A stretch of DNA of 64,000 bases from Raillietiella orientalis (taxonomy: Eukaryota). Below the pieces are notes generated by a model. The model worked only from the letters and a program-made list of their open reading frames with translations, did no database searches and was not told the DNA's origin. The stretch is taken from contig JAYWIR010000024.1 in NCBI GenBank assembly GCA_036172245.1, positions 3,038,001-3,102,000 on the forward strand. The letters run 5' to 3'. The position numbers and the translations under genes are program-made. Of the stretch, positions 1 to 12,100 are shown in pieces; position 1 is the stretch's first letter, and every line of letters begins with the position of its first letter.

Positions 1-744
1 CCTACATGACTAGGAGATAATGGTAACCAGGTATGACTTAGCAACCGGTGGCCTCTTATGCTTGCCACTTCGAAGCGAAATTTTAGAGTGCTGCCGCCCC
101 CCACCCCACCTAAAGAATGAAGCTTATGATCGAAAGCACTCACGATGGTGTAGTTCTTGATGCAAACTTTTTTCGCATTCCCTTTTTTCTCTATTCTTCC
201 GATGGCATCAGCTGAAATAGAAATCAATTTCTATTTCATAGATGATAAATTGCTGCAACTCTTTCCTCCGTACGACGAATCGATTCACGATGTCTTTTTA
301 ATATGATCACGGCAAGGATTCAGGGAGCTGATGCATTTCATTCCACTGCAGCTGAGGATAGTCTGTTCTTCTACTGGAACTGGCTCGACCATGATGTCTG
401 ATGTTTCCATTAGAAGTTGCGGTGTTCCCTTGCTAGTGAGAGGGATAGCAGCAACATGCATCGTATGCCAGCATCTTTCGTGACAACCGGGCGAGTTCGA
501 GATCTCGGGACTCTTTCTTTGAATTTTAGAACTGCTTCGCTTTCCACGTGTCTTGCGATGACGCCGTATGCCTGGGAACCTCACATGCCAAAGGTCAAAG
601 GTCACGCAGACACGGAGTTTTTGTTTTGAGTCCACTAAGAAAAACAGACTGGGTTTTCGAGGAAACCCAGAGTTCCCTACATCCGGACTTGCCAAGGCCG
701 TCTCAAGTGACACCAGAGCCATTTCATGCTCTTCATCACCTGCA

Positions 745-1057
745 TCACTTGATGGGCGGGAATGCTGCAGGAAGAGCGACTGGGTTCAAGGCTAGGTAGA
801 ACGGGAGATGGAAACAGAGGGTGCCATCGAGGTACCTGAAGTGACTTGGTTTCCGATCTTCGTTTCAGATCCAGATTCAAGACAGAGTGGTGCAGACTGT
901 CATGAATCTGGGCGATGAATAGAGGAGTCAATCTCGTGACCTCCACAAGTCGAAGTGGCACTTAAAGAGTTTGTAAAGATCCTCGCCGTGAGTGGCTTCT
1001 GGACGGAATTTCGAATACCAGGACGCCTGGAGTGTCTTAGCATTCGAAAAGTCCGTC
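745..1057 (-). CDS. Last two exons (1057-941, 835-745) of an unidentified intron-containing gene; a possible upstream exon ends at 1136
   Basis: Phase-compatible GT-AG introns 940-836 and 1135-1058, the latter with a long polypyrimidine tract. Spliced peptide ...R-TDFSNAKTLQASWYSKFRPEATHGEDLYKLFKCHFDLW-R-YLDGTLCFHLPFYLALNPVALPAAFPPIK*. No family recognised. Confidence 0.45.
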
Positions 1058-2160
1058 CTGAAGAGCAGAAGTACAGGGAATTGGGGGGGGGGGGGAAGAA
1101 AAACAAGAATTCATCGTGGACCCGTTGCTGATCACCGGATGCAAGGTTTCCAGCCGAACGACCGCCGGAACATGCCGGAACCAAAGCGGGAAGGTGATGG
1201 TGGCGACGGCAGCAGCAAGCAGTGGGAGAAAGAATGATGAAGATGCGATGACAGACTCAACAGCCGAACGGCAACGGCTGCAGCGACCACGGTGATGGAG
1301 AAGTTCAGAACCACAGGAGCACAGTGGCGGGGAAAGCTCGGGTAACTAGCCTTTCTTGGGCCATTCTTCGGAGGCTGGCAGGAAAAAAAGTGCATGCTCA
1401 TGTTCCGCGACGCTGGTGAATGCCACCCTTCCGCTCCCCCTTCTTGGCTTCTCGGGGGAGGTTTCCACCGCACCCTCCCTCCTGTTCTCAGTAAAGGAAG
1501 AAGACTCCTCGCGAGTTCGCTTGGATGGGGAAGTTGAGGAAGCCAGGATGGAGCCAGAGTGGGGGCAACATCCTTCTGCGCTCTCTCGCCGGGCATACAA
1601 ACGGCCTTGGGGAACGGGAGTAGGAGCCTTAGCGGGAGGAAAGCTGCCTAGTTTGCATCCCAGAGAACGGCCCTCCGTGACTCGTCCTTGTTCGTGCCCT
1701 TGCGTATCTCTTGGGGTCCGCGTCCTGCGTGGGGCTCCTCTCAAACCGCTCAACGATGAGATCTGCCTCCACCGAGGACGCCCTCTCAGCTCCAGGAAGG
1801 GGGGAGGGTTCTTGCTTCGTCCGGATGGTACCGCTGTCCCCTCCGCGTCTCTCGACCCGTATTCACTTAATGGATCCTTTTCGCACCAGGTGCCAGGCAC
1901 GACCAGGTGGCTCCCTCGTTCCTCCCTTTCTTTCTCTCTCAAGAGTCCAAGCTCACATGTCGTCTTCAGAGTGGGAAGGGAAGCCTTTCTCACCCTCTCC
2001 CTCAGATGGGGAGACTGAGTCTTCTTTCTCCTGGGCGTTTGAGATCGTCTGGGGTGCAAAGTGCTCCCTGTTTTCCCACGGCTGGAGAGCTCCGAACCCC
2101 AATAGCGGAAGGGAGAGGGTGAGAAGACAGGAAAGATCCGAGGCGAGCCGACTGCGGCGG

Positions 2161-2175
2161 TGACGTCACTTCCGC
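2161..2175 (-). promoter_or_regulatory. Overlapping ETS-CRE composite motif (GCGGAAGTGACGTCA)
   Basis: Exact 15-mer TGACGTCACTTCCGC on + within CpG-rich sequence. Function not shown. Confidence 0.3.
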
Positions 2176-3018
2176 CGAATGCCCGCGATCTGCCGTCACC
2201 TTCCTCGCAGTGGCAGCAGGATCGTAGGCCGCAGCAGCCGTGGGGATCGATCCTTCGGGATGTCTTCTCTCCGACCCCTTTTGGCCGAGGGTTCCCGGCT
2301 GTCGCCACCTTTGCAGACTCCCACTGAGTTCAGATGGTCGGACGTTCCCGTTCGAGTCGCCTGCGCTGTCCACGTCCCCTTCCGCTTGCTTCTCCTGCTT
2401 CTCCGGAAGGCCCGAGGACATCCCGAGGAAGGCTCGCCCGTTTTCCCATGGTCACGCGGGGATCAACGGAACAAAGGGATCTTCGAGGAGGGGCCTTCTC
2501 TTCACCTCCGGGACAAAGAGAGGGAGGGGGGGGGCAAAGCACAGGGAGCACCGTGGGGAGGGGAGGGCAGGGGGCTGGCTGCAGGGCTCCCGTCTCTCCC
2601 CGAGCGAGCGCGACCAGTGCCACAAGGAAAGGACACCCGTCGAAACGCCCTCGCGTTTCCAGGATGACGCGCATTCCGGCTAAGGTAAGGGGGGAAAAGC
2701 CAAAGACGATCGTTGTCGCTCCTTTCGGCCTGCTGCCAGCCGAAGGAGACCGTGCTGCTTTTTCGTCCTCCCTCACCCCCTCCTCCTCCTTCTTCCGGCA
2801 ACTTTCTCCCGTGTTCGCGAGCTCGGGTACTGCTCCTGACAAGGTTGCTGAGCGGGCGGCCGGGACGCCACTCGGGCGCCCTTCGATCACACGTTCGGAG
2901 GATAGTGCAGGGCATACAAAGTATTACAATCGTATCGCCGTCTGGGGATCCGGAGAGAGGGGGGACGCGCGCTAGTGATCGCCGGGAGACGGGGCAAAGA
3001 CACCAAGCTGGCGGGAGC

Positions 3019-3063
3019 CAGCACCACCACCACCAGCAGCAGCAACAGCAGCAGAAGCAGCAA
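3019..3063. repeat. (CAC)n/(CAG)n compound microsatellite
   Basis: cagcaccaccaccaccagcagcagcaacagcagcagaagcagcaa. Confidence 0.8.
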
Positions 3064-3728
3064 CGTCTGGCCGCCGCGTCTTAGAGTGGCGGCGGCAACC
3101 AACGAAGAGTTTTTTTGTTTTTGTTTTTGTTTTCCCGCTTTTTCTTTGCCTTTAGCTACGTGCGCGCAAGCGCGTTTCCTTCCTGTGATCTCTCTCGTAC
3201 GCCTGGGTCGTGACCAGGGTGGTGGTAGTGGTGATGATGCTAATGCTGAGGAGGCGGCGGTGGCGGCGGTGGAGGAGGAAGAGAGCACGAAAAGGGGGGA
3301 TGAGAGTTCGCCTTGCCTCATGCCGCCTCCGAGCCTCTTCCGCTCGCCGGCGGCGGCTCATCGGGAGAGAAGAAAGGGGAGATCCGCAGCCTCTCAACCT
3401 CGAAAACGCTCCCTCCTCTGCGCGGGTAACCCGGGCGGGCGGCGACCCGCGGAGGGACACTCTGAGGGTCTTGCCTCGGGCGCCCGTGAACGCCGCGCGC
3501 GGAGAGAGATGTGAAAGTTCGGACCCGCGGGTTGTGTGTGGTGGTGGTTGATCTCCCGGACGGCCTTTCGGAAAGCGTGACCAGGACGCGATTCTGTGCG
3601 GTGGCGAAGGCAGACGAGCTTGCCCGTCCCTGGCCTACCGGGACGGACGCATTACCAAGCTCTACGGGGGAAGGCGGGGAGGGAGGGTCGGGGAAGGGGG
3701 TTGTTGCGGTTGCCTGCTGCCGCCTGCC

Positions 3729-5079
3729 TTTTACACCCGGGTGTGCCGGGGCGTTTATTTTTTAGTAAAAACAAACAAGCAAGTGTAGGGCTATTGCCCC
3801 TACAGCGTCCTAAAAAAATGTTCTAATAAAGAGTCTGAAATTGCCGAGTAGCAAGCACGCAGGCTGGCGAGTTCGACTCGGCAGCGGGGGGGGGGGGGGG
3901 AAGGACAAATAAAAACAAAAAGAAAACACTATTTACAAAAGCAGGGAGGAGTTGGGGAAGGGATCAGATTCCGCTGGAGTCGTCCTCTACATCCTTTCCA
4001 GGATGCCGGCAAGTTCGGTCCGCATATGCCCCAAATGGGACCATCTGGCTGCCGTCCTTAGGAAACGTAGGGCGGAGCAGATGATGTCCCTGTCGTTCAG
4101 TCCACCAGTGGCGGTGCTCCAGGCCGCCACAATCCCTCGTAGGCAGCAGAGGGCTGCAAGGGTTGCTGCAGGCCGAAGGGCGTCACGCACAGAGGCGCGT
4201 CAGAACGTCTCTAGGGTTGATCGTGGGTGCTCCTAGGGCTGTTGCGAAACGCAACCACAGAGGCCGGAGGGCAACACAGTCAAGAAGCAGGTGCGGGAGG
4301 GTTTCTTGTTCCCCGCACCTGACGCAATTTGGGTCCACAGCCCCCCTCGTCCAGTGAGATCGGCGGGCGTTGCTCGGGAGTCCCCAGTGCAACACCAGGA
4401 ACGCCAACTCCTGCCACTTCAGGGGGAGGGCCCGGGTAGTCTTCAGCACCGGGGGCCACTCGAGTACATCCATGGGGATGCTCAGCAGCTCGCTCCAGCG
4501 CAATAGTCCTTTCGGTGGGGCACTTGGGGTCGCAGTCTGCTGGTCCGTGGTCCAACCACCTTGTTGTTCCTTCTCTCTTGTTTCTTCTCTCTTCTTGAGA
4601 TGCTACAACGGACCTGCCAATTGGCCGGCTGACTGCTGCCCAGGTGCTCCCTGAGGTAGGGCAGAGGCGCGGCAAGGGAGGTCCTCTCAGCCCACGCACT
4701 CGGGGCGGGCTGCACAACGATGTCCTGCAGCGAGCGGCTCTTGTGATAGGAGAGCAGCATTCGCTGCCGCAACTCCGGGCTCGCTTCCTCGATCTGGGCC
4801 CACGTGCGAAGGCTTTCCTGCAACCAGGAAGTACCGTTCGCGGGCCGACAGGAGATCCAGGTGTTCGTTCTGGTCAGCTTCGCCACTCGCCGAAGTGCCA
4901 GTCCGCAGTGGAACAGGTACCGGCGTTAGCGGCGCGCTAGGAAGGTAGACAGTCCCGCGCAGCCGCTGGCTCGCTGAACAAGGCGTCGTGCAGGCTCGCA
5001 CCAGCTGGTGCTCCAGAGTTTCGCTCTAGAGCTAGAGTCCTGAACTGCAGCTGCAGTTCCAGCCGCTCCAGCGTGAGGA
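3729..5079 (-). mobile_element. L1/Tx1-like LINE, 5'-truncated copy A (ORF2 C-terminus + 3'UTR)
   Basis: zf-RVT-like segment LPLKWQELAFLVLHWGLP...NCVRCGEQETLPHLLLDC. 13-bp TSD GCTGCCGCCTGCC at 3716-3728 and 5080-5092. Near-identical to 46556-47984. Confidence 0.92.
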
Positions 5080-5151
5080 GCTGCCGCCTGCCGGCGTGGC
5101 TTCCAAAGCTCCCTTTGGCCAGTCAACGGTGCGCGCCTATTTGTTGCCGCA

Positions 5152-5411
5152 GACTGAGGGCATGTGGGGGTGTGTGTTGTTCCGTCACACGCCAGCCGTG
5201 GGTTCGTGTGCGAATGGGAAAACGCGGCGGCCCTGCGTGCACGCTCAGCAGCAGCAGCAGCGCCACTGGTGTGCGACGCCGACTGAGGGCATGTGGGGGG
5301 GGGGGTGTTGTTCCGTCACACGCCAGCCGTGGGTTCGTGTGCGAATGGGAAAACGCGGCGGCCCTGCGTGCACGCTCAGCAGCAGCAGCAGCGCCACTGG
5401 TGTGCGACGCC
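5152..5411. repeat. Tandem duplication, two ~130-bp units
   Basis: Units 5152-5280 and 5281-5411 (gactgagggcatgtggggg...ggtgtgcgacgcc) are identical except in the G/GT tract. Confidence 0.9.
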
Positions 5412-8400
5412 GAGTCGAGGGAACCAGAACCCGAAGGGAGCACCGACCGACCGAAGTACCCACCCTCGGGAGGCTCCAGCAAGTCCGGCGGCTGTTCCTC
5501 CGAGTTGAAAACACCGCGACCTTCCGGGCGGAAGCTGTGAAGTAGAGAGAAGAAAGGGGGGTGGGATGGGAGAGGGAGGGACCTGCTGGGGATCCCTCGG
5601 GAATTCGAGCGGGAATGCCGCTCTCCGCGCTAGCCGAGCTCTTTTTTTTTTTTCCTGTTTACCCGGCTGGACAGCAGGGAGTGTTTCCAGGGTTTTCCGC
5701 AGGAGAATTTTCGTTCCCGTGGCAACTCGCAGATGCTCGAAATGCTTGTGTGAGGGAGGAGGAGTCTGTGGGGGATGAGATGGTAGTGGATGATCTCCAA
5801 CTTGATTCGCCGGTCAGCACCTTGCAAGTGCCGGTCCTGGAATTCCCAGCACCTGTGGAACAAAAAAAAGGGGGGGGGGAGAGAAAGGAAGGTGAAGAGA
5901 GGCCTGGTGAGGTTTGCGGGAGACCTTCCGGAAGATCCTGGAAGGCGTCCAAGGACCTCTTGGTCGAGGATCGCCCTCTTCCCCGGGCATCACGGCGGGG
6001 GTTCTCTGTCCGCCGAAGAAGGAGCAGCGGACTACCCGTCCCCTCATCGCTCTCGGGAAACCTCGGGGGGTCACCAGCAGACGGCCGCGGGAGCGCCGCG
6101 GAGAAAGAGTTGCCGGCTGGCGCCAACTCCCGTCCGCCCGAACGGAACGGCGTTCCCGGATTGACACCTCCACCTCCTCGCCGCCCATGCGCGCCTCCGT
6201 CTTGGCTCTGGGGTGCGCCTCGGGGGATCACGGAGGGAGGCGCGGACCCCTCCCCGCGCTAACCGCTTCGGGGATCTGCCGGCTGCCTCCTCGACGGTCA
6301 TTACAAGCGACGGCAGCCTCCAAGATAGGGGGATTTGGGAGAGCAGGCGCCGAAATCCCACCCGTGTGCTGGAACATCTAGCGAAGGCGAGCCTCAGGGC
6401 ACACGGCAGTCGGACTGACTCGAAGCCAGCGGAGGCACCCTGCCGTTAGCCTGCCTCTGTCCCCGGAGCCCTCGGAAACCGCACTCGCCACCACGTGGTC
6501 GGACTCATCTCCACCCACAGCTTGTCTGCGTGCACCCTAATGGCCCTCCCTTCCCGCCCCATCCACCCCTGGCCTGGTCATCTGCCTGCTGGGGTTCCGG
6601 ACCTTGATAGCAGGTGACCGACCCTTCCCAATGGTGGGTTCGAAAAAAAGCGGCCTGGGGCACACCATTGGGGGTGCCATGTGCACTGCTGCTTTTTTCG
6701 CACTCCCATTCCTGACGTCAGAGGAGCGCCTCACGCTCCTGCGTGTCTCTCTGGAATCAGAAGCTCCCGTAGGCATCTGGGAACCATTGGGACCCATCCG
6801 AGCATCCATCCTGCACTCTCACTTGCACGGCGCCATCCCGGCTCCTGTTCCCGACCTTCCCGTGGCCCACGGAGACCCGGAAAGGTTTGCCAAGGAAATC
6901 TCTGCATCGACGAAATGCGACCTTTCCGGGTTCTGCCGGAGGGGCGCGATCGGGAGGGAGTGCCGTCCGCGTTTTCTGTCCCTTTAGTGGACCGGGGAGG
7001 GGGGGAAGAATTTCCGCCCACACCTTGCACCCAAGAAATCCTCGGATGCCTTCATTCTTCCCCCCGCCCCCATGCAACGGGAAGTCCGTTGCCTAGGCGA
7101 TCCGGGCGTTAGGTGCCGCTGCCCTTCGGGTTGATTCCAGGAGGCCGCCTTCATTCCCGCAGCGCGCGTGGCCTCCCAAGAAAGCAGCTCTCCTGGTTCG
7201 AGCCGGGGTCACACGGGCAGGTCACCCGCGACCGCCGCGTCTGCTCGTCCAACGAGCATTCTGTCGGGGTAGAGACCTTTGGGTGCTGGGAACGCTGCAG
7301 CTTGCCGCTTCCTGGGAACGGGAGGGCGGAACATCTGGCACGCGCGGTCCAAGGGGCGGGTTGGTGCCTGAGGAGGAGAGCCCGGAAGGGAGGAAGAGGC
7401 AAGGAAACGTCCTAACGTCACGGGCGGCGGCTGAAACCGACTGGACTTGGGTGGCTCTCTGCCCAGACATTCGCTGCCGTGGGGGGCGGCGGGGGTCTGC
7501 GAACCACGCGCCCCGGGTATCTCTCCCGTCTCAGCGCCTGCCTTCTGGTGCGAGCCGAAGGGGGCGCCTCCGGCAGCGAAAGCGCTCGTAGCTTCCGGAA
7601 GCCGGCAGCAGGGGTGAGAAGCTGTCCGGCTGAGTGCCATGTGTCTTGGGAAGTGCCGCGGAAGTCCTCGCTCGCCACAGAGGCGAATCCCTGGAGGTGC
7701 CGCGCGCTCATGCGGAGAGGATCGCCATCATAGGTCCTTTCTTGCCATCGGGTTCTTCGGAGTCAGTCAGACGCTGCCGACGCGGCTTGCGACGATACTA
7801 GGCAAAACGGAAGGGCCCGCTTCACTCTGCTCAGATCGCCCTCTGCGTCCACCTTGCCCGTCTCCAGCAGCCCGCCCCACTTCTTCCCTGTAAGGAGAAG
7901 CTGGCTGTCACCCGCTTTCTGTTTGATGCAGAAGGAACGTCGCTCCGCATCTTCTCGGACGGGGAAGAGCGGGGAGGCGGAACCAACCTGCCGTTGTCCA
8001 TCCTTCGGACGCTGAGGAGCTCCCCCCTCCTCGACCTGCGGTTTATTTGCTCATCTGCCTTATCCCACAGGGTCTGACCGACAGAACTCCTTCGGTGGCA
8101 CACACGGTCCAGCAGCAGACTTGTGGTGCGTGGGGCAGAGAGCCCTCGGCGATCCCCTGCGTGAGTGAGCGCCTGCGTTCTCTTTGAGGAGACGAGATAC
8201 CCACCGCGTGATCCATCTGCGTGATTTATTCTTTTCAGGCGGTTCCTGGATTCAGGTGATTTCCGGGATGCCAGCATCCGTGGAGGGCGCCACCTGACTG
8301 CCATTCTCGCCCGATCGCTCTTCCCTCTCCTTAGGGATGGATAAGACCTTTTTGCAGCAGTTCCGATACGTTTCGGAAGCAGCAGCGGCGTGGTCCCCAA

Positions 8401-8770
8401 GTCTCTGGAACCATTCTTCGTCTACCGATGATGATGATGTGTGACCCTCGGGTCCCTCATATTTTTTTTTTTTTATAGCTTCTCCTCTAGAAGAGTCTGT
8501 GAAGGTGATGGCAGAAAGCGCTCTGCTTGCTCCAGAACCTTCGTGTGCTACCACAGAGTGCGATGCTCCGGATCTGCCACACGATGGAATCCTTTCCAGA
8601 CGCTGCACACATTCAGAGAGACCGTTTCTGCGAGCTCGTAGGTGGCGGGAAGAACCTCCGAGGCACGGTTGTCCCGATGTGCTTTCGGAGGAAGTACGTG
8701 CTAAGGTTCGAAACAAACGAAAGAGGAGCCACCGTAAACAAGGATTCGATCCTCTGTACAAATGCAAATA

Positions 8771-9135
8771 CACTAATACTTCGGTACTCGACGGTATCGT
8801 AACTCGTCAAACTCAGCACTCGTCGCATTTCGACGAGAACAAAAAATGTTTCGACACTCAGTGCATGCATGCTCGGAACTCGACACCCCACTCAAGATGC
8901 GTGGACGCTTTCGTCTAGTGGTAGCTCGCGAAGAGCGCCGAACACTTGCATAGAGTGCTTCCCGGATCGTTCCCCTTTTGTGTGCTTTCCGTGCATTTTA
9001 AGCGTGAACCATGGGTGCTAAAATGGTTAAAAATGATACCACGAAGCCTAGAAAGGAAGCCGTTCAGTACTCGTCGGTTTCGGCACTCGTCACGAGTTCC
9101 GGAAAGAACCACCGACGAGTACCGAGGTTCCATTG
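8771..9135. mobile_element. pogo/Tigger-like MITE (Tc1/mariner superfamily, non-autonomous)
   Basis: TA at 8769-8770 and 9136-9137. Imperfect 25-bp TIRs: CACTAATACTTCGGTACTCGACGGT versus rc CAATGGAACCTCGGTACTCGTCGGT, resembling Tigger-type CAGTGGAACCTCGG termini. Subterminal ACTCGTC repeats. Confidence 0.65.
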
Positions 9136-12100
9136 TACATCTCCTTCATATCTGTTTGTAGTGCTCATTTGCGAACGTTTGCCTACGTAGGAATAAACAT
9201 GTACATTTACGTTCGCGCAAAGCATTTTGGTTAGACTTTCACTTTTTCTCACATCATTAATCACCACCATCTGCGCCGATTTGCTCCTTCGGCCGAGGTA
9301 AACAAACTGGCTCACGACTACAGCAGGGCCCCCTCGTGCAGCGCGAGCCAAACGTTCGTCAAGTGCTTCCGATGAAGAGACACGCAGCTGGTCCACGGGA
9401 AATGCGCTCCGAAAACCATCAATGCAATTGCAAACGTGTACGAACATGCACTGTACTGCGAATTCAGTTCCGTTCAACGAAGACAGGATTCAGAGGTGGT
9501 CACATCTTCTGGACCCATTCTTTGGGCTTCCTTCCTTCGTTCGCCTGGATCAGGTGCGCTTCGATGGAGACGTGGAGGTAAAGCGACTTCTTCTGCTGCG
9601 ACACCCTAGATCCCAGCTTCGGGCAGCCTCGGTGGGTTTCGCGCACCTGCAGGTCGCGGGTGCACGGCCTTCGTCCATTGCGTGACGACTGTCTACCATC
9701 CCAGAGCGGGGTGTGCTCCGTCACTCCGGCGCCTAGAAAAATCACGACATCAGATTTCAGCTTCCAAGGTAGCCGTGACCACCGGCGTCACCCGCATTCC
9801 CTTCGGGAAGCAAGCTTCGTGGCAGCTTTGCAAGCTCTTGGATGCTCTAGAAACAACCGATGCTGTTGGCAGCTCGTTCGACTGGACCACCCATCTCCTG
9901 GTACAGTCGGTGATGGCGGAGCTGCGCTGCAACGTACCTCCCGAAGCTGCGTTTCTGCAAGATGCTTGGCACCCGCTGTATTTTCATTAGTTTCCCGAAA
10001 TTGGCGGGCTTCGAAGACTGCTCTTCGTGTGATTTGGGATAAAAAGGGATTCCATGAAAACAAAAAGGATGAAGAAAAAAACGAAGATTGAATTTCAAAC
10101 TGGAGCATGGCGCAGGAAGGATCCGTTCGAGTCCAACGAGAGCGGACGCAAAGGAAGGAATCAGCGTGGCTCGCAAACACCGCAGACATTCCTCCCGTAC
10201 ACCGCCGATTTGGTACGGTACGCGACTAAGAATAAATGAGCGGCGGCCCTCGTATAACGCGGTAAAGCAGCCCTCTTACGCTGTGGATGGACTTCAGTTT
10301 TCTCGTGCCGGTTTAGAAAGAACACGAACACATGACTTGAGTAGACTGAATCGCGTTTCGTTCATATCTTTGTGAATGGCATAGCGCAAGAAGATGCAGT
10401 TTCCGACAATGGGAGTGATGGAGCCGAGGCTGTATAAAGTTGCTTCCATCGGTTCCAGTTATTGGTACAAGTTCAGGAAATTTTATAAATACTATCGTAT
10501 TATCCATGGGGCTCTTATAACTCAGAATGTTTATCCCGCGCTGTATGATAGCCTACTATAATGAATAATGTATTCGATTTCTACTTGTCATTTTCTCTGC
10601 TGCAGTTCTTCCATCCGCATTTACCGAAGGTAGCAGTTCCTTCTTTCATCCCCTCCCCCCCCTTTTTTTTTTATAATTTTTATTGATGTCGCGTAACCTT
10701 TGAATACTTTGCGTAGCCCTCAAGAATGCACGGGATTAGAGTATTGATTTCGGTGCGAGGTCTCCGATCTGGACCGCAAACCTGCTTTTCAAATTTTAAT
10801 CTGAAAGCCAATAACAGCACCGTGCTGCTGCCTCATATTGAGGAACACTTTCATATTGTGAAATTTATGTAGAGCAGCTCGAGCCCATTACACGACGGGA
10901 ATGCTGCTCGGATACCATTCACACAGCCTCCTCCTCCGAAATGAACCGGGGCAGTTCCGGGGCAATACAAGCCAGTTTCCAAGGAGCCCCTTCGTATCAA
11001 GACGATTCATGGACGAACGAGCAGCGCCATTGGCGTTGGAAATTATCTCAAGATGGTGAATAGCGCGTGGTGCAAACATACTTTCCGCCCTTCAAATGAA
11101 GAGAACTCATACTCGTTGTAAATAGAGGGTCATACAACTATCAACGATCTAATTCTCCGAAAAGATTGAATCTCGAATCCCGGAGCAGGAAACCTAACAA
11201 GCCGACCAATCTGCTGCCATCCAAAATTTGCTGAAAGGATTCTTAAACTCGTGAGGATGTTCCAGAGGAAGAGAGAACGCAGGAAAAGCCAATTCCGGGA
11301 TGCAACTCCCAAATAGGTAACTCCTAGGCACCCGGATGGGAAGTGGGGAAGAGAACTGGGAGCCCCTCACGAGGAATTCCTGGCACGAAATTTCGAGAAA
11401 AATTCTCTCGAGATGAAAAGGGTGGAATCTTCGGAGTGTGGACCGAATTAGACAAGAAAAAAAAAAAAAAAAAAAAAAAAGCAAAAAAAAAAAACACCGC
11501 GCCTGGAACAGAGCAGATGTGGGTAAAGCGAAGACAGGAGACCTCCGGAAATTTCGCATTGGTTTCGGGTCGGGTGCTTGCGTAGCTAGGAGAGGAATCC
11601 TAGAAGTGCAACAGCAGCAAGGAGAGATGACGGGTTTATTCTGTATCCGCTATTCCATCGACGGCTGAGCTTGTCAGAGACGGTTCCTGCGCAACTCACC
11701 ACCCTGCCACAGTATCATCACCAGGAAAAAAAATATCTCCCTCTGCAGCTCCTTAACTTTCTTCCCAAGTTTCCATAACGGGAACCCAAAGTCCTCATCA
11801 ATGAATAAATCCCTCATTTAAGTTTCGTGCTTTTTTTTTTGACGTGCCAGGTGAAGACCAACTCGGTAAGAGGAGAACTCCTTGCATCGACAAAAAGGAA
11901 AGACGTTTAATCAGGGAATATAATACCGGCGTCTGGGATATAGCAGCTTCCTGAAGCTGCATCCCACCTACGAAGCGAACGCAAACCGGGATGAAGCTGG
12001 AACGCAGATGATCGCGATGTTCCCTGGACCTCAAATCCCAGACATCACGTTCGTGCGACATACAGGGTGCGCGAAATTTGACAGTAGATGGTGCTTCTGG

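Noticed and set aside
6480..6850. Possible LINE ORF1 remnant on minus strand (DVRNGS...VHM; GREGH*, ESDHVVA as decayed zinc knuckles)
   Set aside because: The cysteines are not recoverable in frame, and the TSD at 5080-5092 shows it is not part of copy A.
8600..10300. piggyBac-like transposase relic (RDRF, FDPLYK)
   Set aside because: Only two short motifs in different frames, with no catalytic DDD context or TTAA-flanked TIRs.
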